Source: Patescibacteria group bacterium (GTDB lineage Bacteria; Patescibacteriota; Patescibacteriia; Magasanikbacterales; GWA2-37-8). From it: DNA of 55,705 bases. The translations under genes were made by a program, and so were the position numbers. The notes below the pieces were generated by a model. The model made no database searches, was not told where the DNA came from, and was given only the letters and a program-made list of their open reading frames with translations. The stretch is taken from contig JAKLGL010000001.1 of assembly GCA_022710645.1 (NCBI GenBank), forward strand, positions 473,296 through 529,000, given 5' to 3'. Shown in pieces: positions 43,851 to 55,400 of this stretch (position 1 is the first letter of the stretch; the number at the start of each line of letters is the position of its first letter).

Positions 43851-46433
43851 ATGTTTTTCAAAACAAAAATTTATATAGCGAGTTTGGTGGCGGGTTTGTT
43901 TTTTTCCGCGCCGGCTTTAGCAGCTACTTTTCATTTGTCTCCTTCGTCCGGAACTTTGATAAAAAATTGTAACAAAACAATCGAGGTGTTGATGGATGTC
44001 GATTCCCTAAAACAGAGCAATGCCGCCCAGATATATATAGATCATGATTTTATTTCCGGAGAAAGTGTTTCTCTGTCCGGAGCTGGTTTGTTTGCCAGCT
44101 ATGGAATTCCAACTCCTTTATCATCCGGTAGAATCGGTCTTTACGGATATACCAATAATATTTCCGGAACAGATAGAGTTTTTGCCAGAGTAACACTCAG
44201 AAGCGGTAATGTCGGAGCAATCAGAAATTTAAACATTCATTTTAACAACGCTGAATCCGTAACTTCCAAAATCGCCGATTTGGATAGTAATAATATTTTG
44301 ACAGGAGTTATTTCCGGCAGTTATACCGTTGTTGACGGATATTGCGAAACAGTTCCTCCATATTTGAGTAATATGAATCCGGCAGCGGACAAGCCTAACC
44401 ATCCGGTAGGGGATAATATTATTTTTGATTTAAAAGACGATAGTTCGGGAGTAAATATTGCGACTCTGGGAATTACTTTAAAACAAAACGGAACAGATGT
44501 TCCCTTTAATTTAACTACTACAAAAGTTAATCCCGGAGATGATAAAATTTATGCTATCACTATTGATCCGACAAGTGATTTAATCCGTGAAGTTAGAGTA
44601 GATGTTACTGTTACCGCTCAAGACAAGGCCGGTAATGTTATGAACCGTTCTTATAGTTTCAATGATTTAACTTGCGAACAACTCGGTTGTTTTGCCGCTC
44701 CGGTTGTTACTTCGACAGTAACAACCACTTGTCCTGAATGTAATTTTGTTTGTGAAGCCGGAACCACTACGGTGACTTCGACAGTCACTACTACACTGAC
44801 ACAAACGCTTTCTCTGCAAAATAACATAATGCCGATACATTTTTATTTGGATAATCGCGCGGTCGAAGCGACGATTTTTGGCGATGATGAAATTAGCGCT
44901 CTCGGTGGAACGGTTTTTACAGTGGCGGCTGATACTTTAAATTTGAACGAGTCAATTAATTCCGCTAAATTAATTTTAGAAGGTCGTGAATATCCGATGT
45001 TTTATGATAACAGTTTGAAAATGTATTCAACGGATATTTCCGATTTGGTAACCGCCGGATTTTATCAAGCGAGTTTACAGGTTAATTACGGTGCTGATCA
45101 AAATATAATTTCTAATTTTACCATCTCAGTTTTGAATCGCGGTTATGTGAATTTGAAAACCGCCAAAACAACCAGTCCTTTTTCCGGAGTGATGGTTTCT
45201 TTACAAAGGCTGGTCGATGGTGAATATTCTTTGATTAAAAAAATAAATACTGACGATAACGGAACTTACGGTTTCGTGGTGCCAAACGGAAATTATCGTC
45301 TTGTTTTTGAAGCTCCGAATTTTGATACAACTTATACCAGCGGTTTTTCCGTAGAGAATAATATTATTAATCGTACCCATACTTTTATAGAATCGGTTAG
45401 TTTACTTGATCCTGAAATTAGTTTAACGGAAAAAGCCGATTATCTTGCGGGTATTGTCGGAGGTAGAGGTCAAGAAATTATAGAATTAACCAACGATCCT
45501 CAGGTAGAAAAAGCTATACAAAATTATGCTGCGCCCATAGCTCTTGGTGCTGCCTTGGCGGCCACGGCTCCGGCATTATCTTTGATAAATTTATTATCTT
45601 ATTTGAGATTTTTATTCTTGCAACCTATTTTATTACTCGGTTTGCGTCGTCGCAAGAAATGGGGAGTCGTTTATGATTCTTTGACAAAATTACCGGTTGA
45701 TTTGGCAGTAATTCGTTTGCTTGATGCCAATACCAATAAAATTGTTCAATCTCGTGTAACAGACGCAAAAGGCAGGTATGTATTTTTGGCCAATCCCGGG
45801 ACTTATCGTTTGGTTGTTGAAAAACAAAAATTTATTTTTCCTTCTAAAATTTTACAAGATTTTAAAGAAGACACCACTTTCTTGGATATTTATCATGGAG
45901 AAATTATTCACGTTGATGAAAACTATACCATTATTGCCGCCAACATTCCGCTTGATACCGCAGGAGCTGAGGAAAAAACTCCTCGACGCATTATCATTGA
46001 TAAACACTGGAGAAGTTTTCAAAATTTTGTAGCATCATTGTCCGTGGCCGCCGGTATATTGTCGGTTATAATCACTCCGACTTGGTGGACAGTGCTTTTA
46101 TTGTTATCGCAAATTTTACTTTACTATTTATTCAAGCGTGTAGCTATACCGAAAAAACCGAAAAGCTGGGGTATTGTTTATGACAGAGACACCAAAAAAC
46201 CGGTTGGTAGAACTATAGCCAGATTGTTCAGTAAACAATTCAATAAATTGGTTTCTACGGAAATCACTGACAATTCCGGACGCTACTCTTTCATGGTCGG
46301 TCCGAGCGATTATTATGTGACTTTTGAAAAGACAGGTTATCAAAAAGCCACAACGCCGGATATCAAGATAAAAGAAAAAGACGAAGTTATAAAAGTGGAC
46401 ACAGCCATGGAAAAAACTAAAGAAAATTTTTAA
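43851..46433 (+). CDS. cohesin-like domain protein with Ig-like region, Thr-rich linkers, TM blocks and three CarboxypepD_reg-like domains
   Basis: 860 aa. Signal peptide ...FFSAPALA. Cohesin-like ATFHLSPSSGTL...IEVLMDVDS...NAAQIYIDHD...GSYTVV. Domains of the DDNGTYGFVVPNGNYRLVFEAPNF, DAKGRYVFLANPGTYRLVVEKQKF and DNSGRYSFMVGPSDYYVTFEKTGY type. Two hydrophobic blocks. Confidence 0.9.
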   Translation: MFFKTKIYIASLVAGLFFSAPALAATFHLSPSSGTLIKNCNKTIEVLMDVDSLKQSNAAQIYIDHDFISGESVSLSGAGLFASYGIPTPLSSGRIGLYGYTNNISGTDRVFARVTLRSGNVGAIRNLNIHFNNAESVTSKIADLDSNNILTGVISGSYTVVDGYCETVPPYLSNMNPAADKPNHPVGDNIIFDLKDDSSGVNIATLGITLKQNGTDVPFNLTTTKVNPGDDKIYAITIDPTSDLIREVRVDVTVTAQDKAGNVMNRSYSFNDLTCEQLGCFAAPVVTSTVTTTCPECNFVCEAGTTTVTSTVTTTLTQTLSLQNNIMPIHFYLDNRAVEATIFGDDEISALGGTVFTVAADTLNLNESINSAKLILEGREYPMFYDNSLKMYSTDISDLVTAGFYQASLQVNYGADQNIISNFTISVLNRGYVNLKTAKTTSPFSGVMVSLQRLVDGEYSLIKKINTDDNGTYGFVVPNGNYRLVFEAPNFDTTYTSGFSVENNIINRTHTFIESVSLLDPEISLTEKADYLAGIVGGRGQEIIELTNDPQVEKAIQNYAAPIALGAALAATAPALSLINLLSYLRFLFLQPILLLGLRRRKKWGVVYDSLTKLPVDLAVIRLLDANTNKIVQSRVTDAKGRYVFLANPGTYRLVVEKQKFIFPSKILQDFKEDTTFLDIYHGEIIHVDENYTIIAANIPLDTAGAEEKTPRRIIIDKHWRSFQNFVASLSVAAGILSVIITPTWWTVLLLLSQILLYYLFKRVAIPKKPKSWGIVYDRDTKKPVGRTIARLFSKQFNKLVSTEITDNSGRYSFMVGPSDYYVTFEKTGYQKATTPDIKIKEKDEVIKVDTAMEKTKENF

Positions 46434-46440
46434 TTTTTTG

Positions 46441-46471
46441 TTGCCATTCTGTGTTAAAAATAGAATGGCAA
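46441..46471 (+). terminator. hairpin between the cohesin gene and the giant ORF (weak terminator, no T-run)
   Basis: ttgccattct-gtgttaaaaat-agaatggcaa. Confidence 0.35.
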
Positions 46472-46495
46472 AGTTAATTAAAAATTAACAAATAT

Positions 46496-49400
46496 ATGTT
46501 TAAAAAATTTATAATAGCCTTTTTGGTGGTTGGTATAGTTTCCATAACCGCGGTTGTTTGGTCTGCTAGTCCACCGCCGATTATTTCTTACCAAGGTAAA
46601 TTATTGGTTGGCGGAAATCCCGCTACCACAACATTGCCGATGGTTTTTGAAATTTATGATGCTTTATCCGGGGGTACATTATTATATACAGCATCTGGAA
46701 CACTGCCTGTCACATCGACTATTGATGTTTTACCTGTGCGCGGTTTGTTTACCGTGAATCTTGGTGATACTGGCACCAATCCTATTGATCAGGAGATTTT
46801 CAAAAACAATACCGATTTGTACATGCAGGTGACTATAAACGGAGAAACACTTTCTCCTCGTAAAAGAATTTCTTCAGCGCCGTATGCCATGAATTCTAAA
46901 TATTTGGATGGTAATTTTGCCACATCTTCTCCCACTACCACCAAATATATTCCCATCTCCGATACATTTGGAAATTTTGAACTGCGAGATGTTACTTCTA
47001 CCAACTTATATATAATAGGAAATGTAACAGCCAATACGGTTTCCGCCACAGCTTTTACATTAAACGGCGATACTATCACATCTTGGCCGACCGGTGGGGG
47101 ATCTTTACCAACTGGCATTAGCGGTCAACTCTTGATTCACAATGGATCGGATTGGATAGCCGGTAACACCTTTACCACCACCACGATTGTCAGAGATATT
47201 TTACCTGATATGACCGGAGGGTTGGGAAATGTGAGTTTGTATTCTCTTGGTAATACAACTTCACGTTTTGCGGAAGGTTGGTTTGAAAATATTTATTTGG
47301 GAAGTTCTACTTGGAAATTTAGTCAAGACGGAAGTGGAAATTTAAATATTTTGAACAACGGCACTTCAAATGGTTTATATATCGCAGCTAATGGAAATGC
47401 CGGTATCGGAGATGCTAACGTTTCGACAAAGTTTTTAATAGATAATCCGCAAGACGAAATTGAATTAATAAACGACAATAGCATGCCGAATTTTATAGCT
47501 CCATCATATGATATCGTGGTTGTGGGGGATGTGGCCTATACTATAAAAGAGACGGATTTTTCTATTTATGATATCAGTGATAGGACCAATCCTATTTTAA
47601 TTTCTTCAACCAGCTCTCTTGCCAACGCTGCTTGTTTGGAAATTTCGGGAAATTTTGCGTATATCGGCGATAGAGATACAGGATCTGGAGCTCACTTTGC
47701 TATAATTGATTTTACCAGTTCAACTGATATGCAAATGGCGGTTTATGCGTCATTGGGAGGAGATCCTCGAAATTCCAAGGTGGTTGGAAATATGCTTTAT
47801 TTGGTTTCGCCGGGAGGTAGTGGCGAACAGCTTATTAAAGTGGATATTACCAACCCATATGCGCCTTCAGCTGTTGGAAGTATAAATTTGATCGGAACAG
47901 AAGGTAAAGACATAGATGTTAGCGGAGGATATGCATATGTTGCCGAGGATAATTATTTGGAAATAATAGATGTAAATTCTTTTGTTACTACCTCAGTAGC
48001 TTCTATTTATGCAAATTCGGATGTGAAGATTTCCGGAAATTATGCCTATATGGCTGAATCGGGCGGGGGATTAAGAATTTTGGATATTTCCACTCCACTT
48101 TCTCCGGTTGATGTTGGTTTAGTAGAATCTGATTATGGAAAAGTTTGGAAGATAAAAGTAGTAGGTAATTATGTTTATGCTACAATTGATGGTCGAGGAG
48201 TAGAAGTCTTTGATGTTTCAAATCCGACAACTCCTTTTTCAGTAGCTTTTTATGATACCAGTTTTGGTCCTCAAAATATTGATGCGGACACCAATAGGTA
48301 TATATATGTAGATGCGCCAAAGCCAACTTTGATTTTACGATTTAATCCTGTAGTTGGAGGCGCGGCTCCTTATGCAGCTATATTCAACGGGGGTAAAGTT
48401 GGTATTGGTACCACGACTCCCGGACAGAATCTTTCCGTGGTAGGAAATATCGGTGCCACCAAAGGAATATATTTGGGATATGATAGTGAGCCTATAAATA
48501 CCGGGTATGGTTTATATAGCAGGGGAGGACAGTTATATTGGGACGGTTCGCCTGTTGGAGGATCTTCTTTGCCATCTGGTTCAACTTACGGCGATATGAT
48601 GTATTGGGACGGAGGTAATTGGCAAGCAAGCGGTATTCTTCGTTTAAATCCTTCCTATACTAATATTTCAATGGACGGAAACACTAATTATGGTAATAAT
48701 AGTGTTGCTTTCGGCTACGGAAATACTAATTACAGTTATACAGGTGCTGTTTTTGGTTATGGAAATTCAATTTATAGTGGAACCAGTTACGCATCTATTT
48801 TGGGAGGACAATATAATACTATTAGTAATAATTCTCCTTACTCATCTATAGTAGGAGGAAACGGAAATTCTGTTTCAGCTTGGGCTCAAGGTGCGGTGAT
48901 TGCAGGTGGTTTGTATAATTCAATAGGTTGGAGCTCCTCACAATCTTTTATTGGTGGGGGTGCCTATAATAGTACAGCTGGGCAGTCTCCTTTTATTGGA
49001 GGAGGTTATTCAAATTATGCGGCCAATAATTATGCTTCTATAGTTGGTGGTTATGACAATACTGCATCTGGCCAATATTCTACACTTGGTGGTGGCTATC
49101 AAAATAATGCTTCTGGGTATATGTCTGTAGTTGGTGGTGGTAGCGGCAATGTACCTACAGCAAATTATTCCGGTATTTTTTCCGGTCAAAACAACACTGC
49201 ATCTGGCCAATATTCTTTTATCGGTGGTGGTGGAGGAAATTATACTTCTGCTGATTATTCAGCTGTAGTCGGAGGTTATAGTAATCAAGCTACCGGCCAA
49301 TATTCTTTTGTGGGCGGTGGTTATGGAAACAACGCGGCTGGTAATTATTCTTCGGCTTTTGGTTATGGAACAGTAGTAGGAGGTAGTAATTCTTTTGGTA

Positions 49401-52400
49401 TAAACCTAAACACTTCCGGTTTTACTCTCAGCCAAGCCAACACTATGGCTATTATGAACGGTTATGTCGGTATCGGTACCACTACTCCTGCTTATCCTTT
49501 GACCGTCCAAGGTAATGTAAATATTACCGGACAATATTTGATAAATGGTGTTCCATTAAGCGGAGGAAGTAGCCAGTGGAGTACTGTTGGAAACAATATT
49601 TCAAATAGCAATTCCGGTAACGTGGTTATCGGTACGGACCAAACGATTTTAGGAATGACTCCTGAAAGTATCACTGATATGGTAGCAAACAGTCGCTATA
49701 ATAAGGGGCTTTTTGTTGTAAACAACATACTTTATTTTTGTGACTATAACAGCGGTTTGCGAATTTACAGTTTAAATTCCACCACTCCGGAACTTCTCGG
49801 TACTTATAATTACGGAGGAGGAATGTATCCTTTATCAAATGTTTATGTTTCCGGGAAATATGCTTACCTGACTTATGGTTATTTTTTTGTGATAGTTGAT
49901 ATTTCTGACCCTGCTAACCCTGTTTATCAAAGCAGTGCTTTTTCTAGCGGTAGTTCTGCCGGCTATAAAGACGTGGTAGCAGAAGGTAAATATGCATATG
50001 TTGTCGGTAGTGAAGGGTTTAAATTAATAGATATTTCCAATCCGAAAATTCCGGTGATTGTCCGTAATATCACTTCTTTAAATACAGGTTTCAATATAAA
50101 AATTTCCGGTGACTATGCTTATATAGCAGACGGTTCAGCCGGCTTGAAAATTTTTGATATTCGAGATGTAAATAATATTTTTCAAGTAGGCAGTTATCCT
50201 TCCGGAGGCACAATGAGTGCTCTTGAAATAAGAGGTGACTATGCTTTTATCGCCGATGGTTTAACTGGAGGGGCTTTTATATTAGATATTAAAAATAAAA
50301 CCAGCCCCGCGTTTGTTTCCAGTTTTCCCAGTGTTTTTAGAGCAGATGATATAGCGGTAAATGATAATTATGTATTTGTCGCAGCTGCAGCCGGAGGTGT
50401 TAGAATTTACAATATAGAAAATATTAATTCTCCGCTTTGGGTAAATACCATAGCGACTTGGAATGCATATGGTTTAAATATGTATGGAACTAAGTTATTA
50501 GTGGCTTTATACAGATCTCCAAATCAATTGTATATTTATCAACTTCAAGGATTAAAAGCAAATTCAGCCAAAATAGCCACAGCGGAAATTGACAGGTTGT
50601 CTGTTTTTGGTGATGCTGATTTCAATGGAAAAATTACTGTTAGAAATTCTTTAACAGTAGGTAAAGAAGGAATTATTTCTATGGGTCCGATACAGTCGGG
50701 CTACGGAGTTTATTTAAACTCTTCAACTCCGGCTACAACAAGTTATGCATTGTATAATCTTGGAGGTAATCTTTATTGGAACGGATCACCGGTTGGAGGA
50801 TCTGGTTCACTGCCTTTTGGTTCAATTGGTCAAACAATGCGTTATGGTAATTCTGGTTGGGAAGCGACCAACAATGTTTTTGTTTCTTCTTCTGGATATG
50901 TTGGTATTAATACAACAACCCCTAACTATCCTTTGAGTGTGCAAGGTGACATAAATATAACTGGACAGTATAGAATAAACGGAGTGCCGTTGAGTGTCGG
51001 GGGAGGAGTTCCGGCCGGATCAAACACTCAGATTCAATTCAACGATTCCGGTTCGTTTGGAGCTACTTCAACTTTTGTTTGGGATAATATAAACGGAAGA
51101 TTGGGGATAGGAACGTCAACTTCAAACTCTAAATTAACTTTAGATAATGATGGTGGAATTTTAGCTATAGGAAATTTTGGTAGTGGAAATACAGTTATAC
51201 CATCAGGTGCTGGAACAAGATTAATTTGGTTACCTTATCAAGGTGCTTTTAGAGCTGGTTATAGTAATGGAACTGTTTGGGATTATAGTAATATAGGGTC
51301 ATTTTCTGTAGCGTTTGGTTCTGGTAATAGAGCAAGTGGATATGCGTCAGCTGTTTCTGGTGGTAGTTTAGGAGTTGCTTCTGCGTATTATTCTTTGGTA
51401 GGTGGTGGTCTGCAAAATACTGCTAGTGAAAGATTTTCTGCAGTAGTTGGCGGTAATGCTAATACTGCTGCAGCAACTTCTTCTTTTGTTGGTGGTGGGT
51501 ATTTTAATAGAACGTATGGAATGTATTCATCTGTTGTAGGTGGTTATAGTAATATAGCTTCTGGAGATTCTTCTTTTGTGGGAGGAGGGCAATATAATGA
51601 TGTGAGCGGATCCAGTTCTGTGGCTCTTGGTAATAAAATGATTGTTTCCGGAAATTATTCTTTTGGCGTTAATGTTAGTAATACTTATGCATTTTTAAAT
51701 CAAGATAATACAATAGCTTTACTTGGCGGAAACACTGGTGTTGGTACTACTACACCGAGCTATCCTTTGAGTGTACAAGGTGATATAAATATAACTGGAC
51801 AGTATAGAATAAACGGAACACCTTTGAGTGTTGGCGGATCTTTACCTTCCGGAGTAATTGGTCAAACACTTATAAATGCCGGTGGTTCAACATGGAATCC
51901 TACCAACACTTTGTTTGTAAACGGTAACGGAGTAAGTATTGGATTTTTAAGTACTAGTACGGAAAGATTATTGTCTGTTCATGGTGACGCAGTAATCAAC
52001 GATCAATTGATTTCCAATCAAGAAGGCGGTTTATATTTTGGTCGTACTAGACTCTCGGAAAATATTTGGAATATTGGAAGTACTACTATTTGGGTAACTT
52101 CTACAGCTAAAATGACAGATCAAAATAGAAATTGGAGTTCTGTAGCCATGTCTTCTAATGGTCAATATCAATCAGCAGCAGTGTATAATGGATACGTTTA
52201 TATTTCCTCAGATTATGGAAATACTTGGGCGACTAGCACGGCAGCCGGCTCCAGAAGATGGAACGGAATTTTTATGTCTTCAGACGGTAAATACCAAACC
52301 GGAGTTGTTGGTTCTGGTTATATCTACACCTCATCTGATTATGGTAATACATGGGCGGAAAAAAAGAATGATTCAACAAGAGATTGGCGTTCAGTTTCTA

Positions 52401-55400
52401 TGTCTTCAGATGGTAAATATCAATCTGCGGTTGCAAATGGAGAATATATTTATGTTTCATCTGATTATGGAAATACTTGGACAAATAAAGAGTCTATAAT
52501 TAAAAATTGGGTTTCTGTGGCCGTTTCTTCAGATGGTAAGCGTCAGGCTGGAGCTGTTAGTAGTGGTTATATCTATCTTTCCTCAGATTATGGAAATACT
52601 TGGACGACTAGCACGGCAGCTGGTTCTAGAAGTTGGTACGGCTTATCCATGTCTTCAGATGGAAAATACATTTCCGCTATAATAACAGTAGGACAATTTT
52701 TAGTCTCTTCTGATTACGGAAATAGTTGGACCACTGTTTCTCCAAGTGCAAACTGGAGATCTATTACTATGTCAGCTGACGGTAAATATCAAACAGCTGG
52801 CGCTTATAGCCCTGCTGTTAATAGAATTTATGTTTCAGATGATTATGGAAGAAATTGGTATTTGAAATCTTTTTCTGGTGCGGCTGAATATCGTGGTATG
52901 GCTATGTCAGCTGACGGTAAATATCAAACAGCCGTTAATTATGGAGGTTATATTCAAACTAATGTTGCAGGTTCGTATTCTTTTGGGAATATTGGTGTTG
53001 GTACAACTACTCCTGGTTATGAATTAACTGTTCAAGGAAATATTAATTTTACAGGAAATATTTATCAAAACGGTTCATTGTTTTCCGGTGGAGGCGGTGG
53101 GACTCCAGGAGGTTTAGATGGGGAAATCCAATTTAATAATTCCGGTTCATTTGGTGCTACGTCCAGTTTCTTTTGGGATAAAATAAATGGAAGATTGGGG
53201 ATAGGAACTTCAACTCCTGGTTTTAAATTAACCATGAATAATGATGGCGGCATATTGGCTATAGGTAGCGGAGACGGTTTATTTAATCAGCAGGGAGCAG
53301 ATTTGGCTGTTACCGGTACTGGCACTAGAATGATTTGGTATCCAAAAAAAGGAGCTTTTAGGGCCGGCGGAGTTATTGATCCAAGTACTATAGGATTTCC
53401 GACAAATAATATAGATCAGTGGGATGATGATAATATTGGAGCTTTGTCTTTTGCAGCTAATTTGAGTAATATGGCTCGTGGCGGAGGCTCAACAGCTTTT
53501 GGTTTGGTAAATAATGCTTTGGGAGACATTTCTTTTGTCGGAGGTACTAACAATACTTCAAGCGGGTTTGCTTCTGTAGCTTTTGGTCGCGGTAATATTT
53601 CTTCTGCCACAAGTTCAGCAGTTTTTGGTACGGCCAATGAATCTTCTGGAGAAAATTCTTTTGTGACAGGTTTTTTAAACACTGCAAGTGGCAATAATTC
53701 TTTTGTAGGTGGTACGTACTCTTCAGCTCCTGGAGAAGATTCTTTTGCTTATGGTCAATATGCCATAGCTTACGGCTCCAGGTCTTTTTCTTTGGGAAGT
53801 TACACTCAAGCAGCTACAGGGTCGGTTGCTATTGGTAGTGGATCATTTTTAAACCCAACATGGGCAAGTGGCTTACAGTCTGTAGCTATCGGTAGTCCGT
53901 CACAAGCCAGCGGTTATCAAGCTGTAGCTATCGGTTATGGTGCTGGAGGTCATGCGACAGGTTCTATTGCTTTGGGAAATGTTGGAATTCGTGCCGGAGC
54001 TAATTATTCAATTGGTTTAAATGCAAGTTCGTCTTTGTTTAACATGTATACTCCGAATGTTATCGCATTAATGGGTGGAAACGTGGGTATTGGTACTACT
54101 TCTCCATTATTGAAATTATCAGTAAAAACAACCAACCCTCAAGATGGTATCGGTGTTTTTGATAATAATAACCGATTGGTTGCTGGTTTTGGTGCAGATC
54201 AATTTGGTTCTGGAGCTTTTGGAATATTTAATGGCACAAACAGAGTGATTACTTTGGATGGTGCTTCATATTCATATATTAATTCTGGAAATTTTGGTAT
54301 CGGTACTTCCACCCCGTCTTCAATGCTCACTATCCTTGGTAACGGTTCCACTGACCTCTTTTCTGTAGGTACTTCCACCAGTCGAGAATTATTAGCCGTC
54401 ACTGCTTCTGGTTCAGTTAAATTTATGAACGGAATGTTGGTTGTTGATACTACTGCTTTAAATACTGCCCGTTTAGCAGGCAGCGCTCTTGGTACAAGTG
54501 TCCTTATCGAAGCCGGTCTTGGTCAAGATGATTTCTTCTATCCGTTATTACCTGAAGGTACCAGTTGGAATGGGGGAGATTTAATCTTAAACCCTGGCGG
54601 TATGTTTGATTGGTATGGTGGTAACGGTCTCAATATCCGTCGTGGTAATGTATATATCGCCAGCTCCAGTTACGCTGCCAACGGTGGTAGGGTGGTTGTA
54701 GGAGATGGTACGGTCTTACCAGCCCAAAGATTTACTTTGGAAGGTGGTATATATAGTTATTCCTCATTTGGTTTAAATAAAGATACAATGGATGATTCTT
54801 TCTTAGTTGAAAACGCCGCTCAATTTATCTGGCATCCTAAATCCGCTTCTTTACGCGCCGGCTTCTTTACTGATACTTCAACTGTAGCAGAATCTAACTT
54901 AGGTAACTATTCCTTTGGTCTCGGTTATGATGTCACAGCTTCTGGCAACTATTCTTACGCTTTTGGTAGAAATATGGATGTTAGCGGTGTTGGCTCTTTC
55001 GGTATTAACCTTAAATCTTTCTCCAAAACACTGTCTCAAGACAATACCCTGGCTATTTTTGGCGATTATGTAGGTATCAACACTTCCACCCCGGGTTCCA
55101 CTTTTGTGGTTCAAGGTGATGCAGAAATTTATGGTAATTTTACAGTTTGTGTTTCTCCCGGAGTTTGCGGTTATGTCAGTTCCACCGATGGTAGTTGGTA
55201 CACTTCTTCAGATATCAGTTTAAAGAAAAACATTACTGATTTTACCGGAGGTTTGGACAAAGTTTTGGCTATGCGTCCGGTCGGTTATGAATTTAATAAT
55301 GAAGCTGATGCTAACGGCACCTCTCATATCGGTTTCATCGCCCAAGAAATGGAACAAATCTTACCGCAAATCGTTGGTTCAAACAAAGTCGGTCTCAAAT

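Noticed and set aside
46554-55114. Track ORFs inside the giant gene: 46554..46757, 46789..47118(-), 49010..49210(-), 49492..49674(-), 50745..50936, 52158..52499, 53065..53253(-), 53416..53694(-), 54199..54402(-), 54899..55114(-).
   Set aside because: All are short, lie in other frames or antisense to a 9.2-kb open frame with clear domain structure, and have low-complexity translations. They are treated as spurious.
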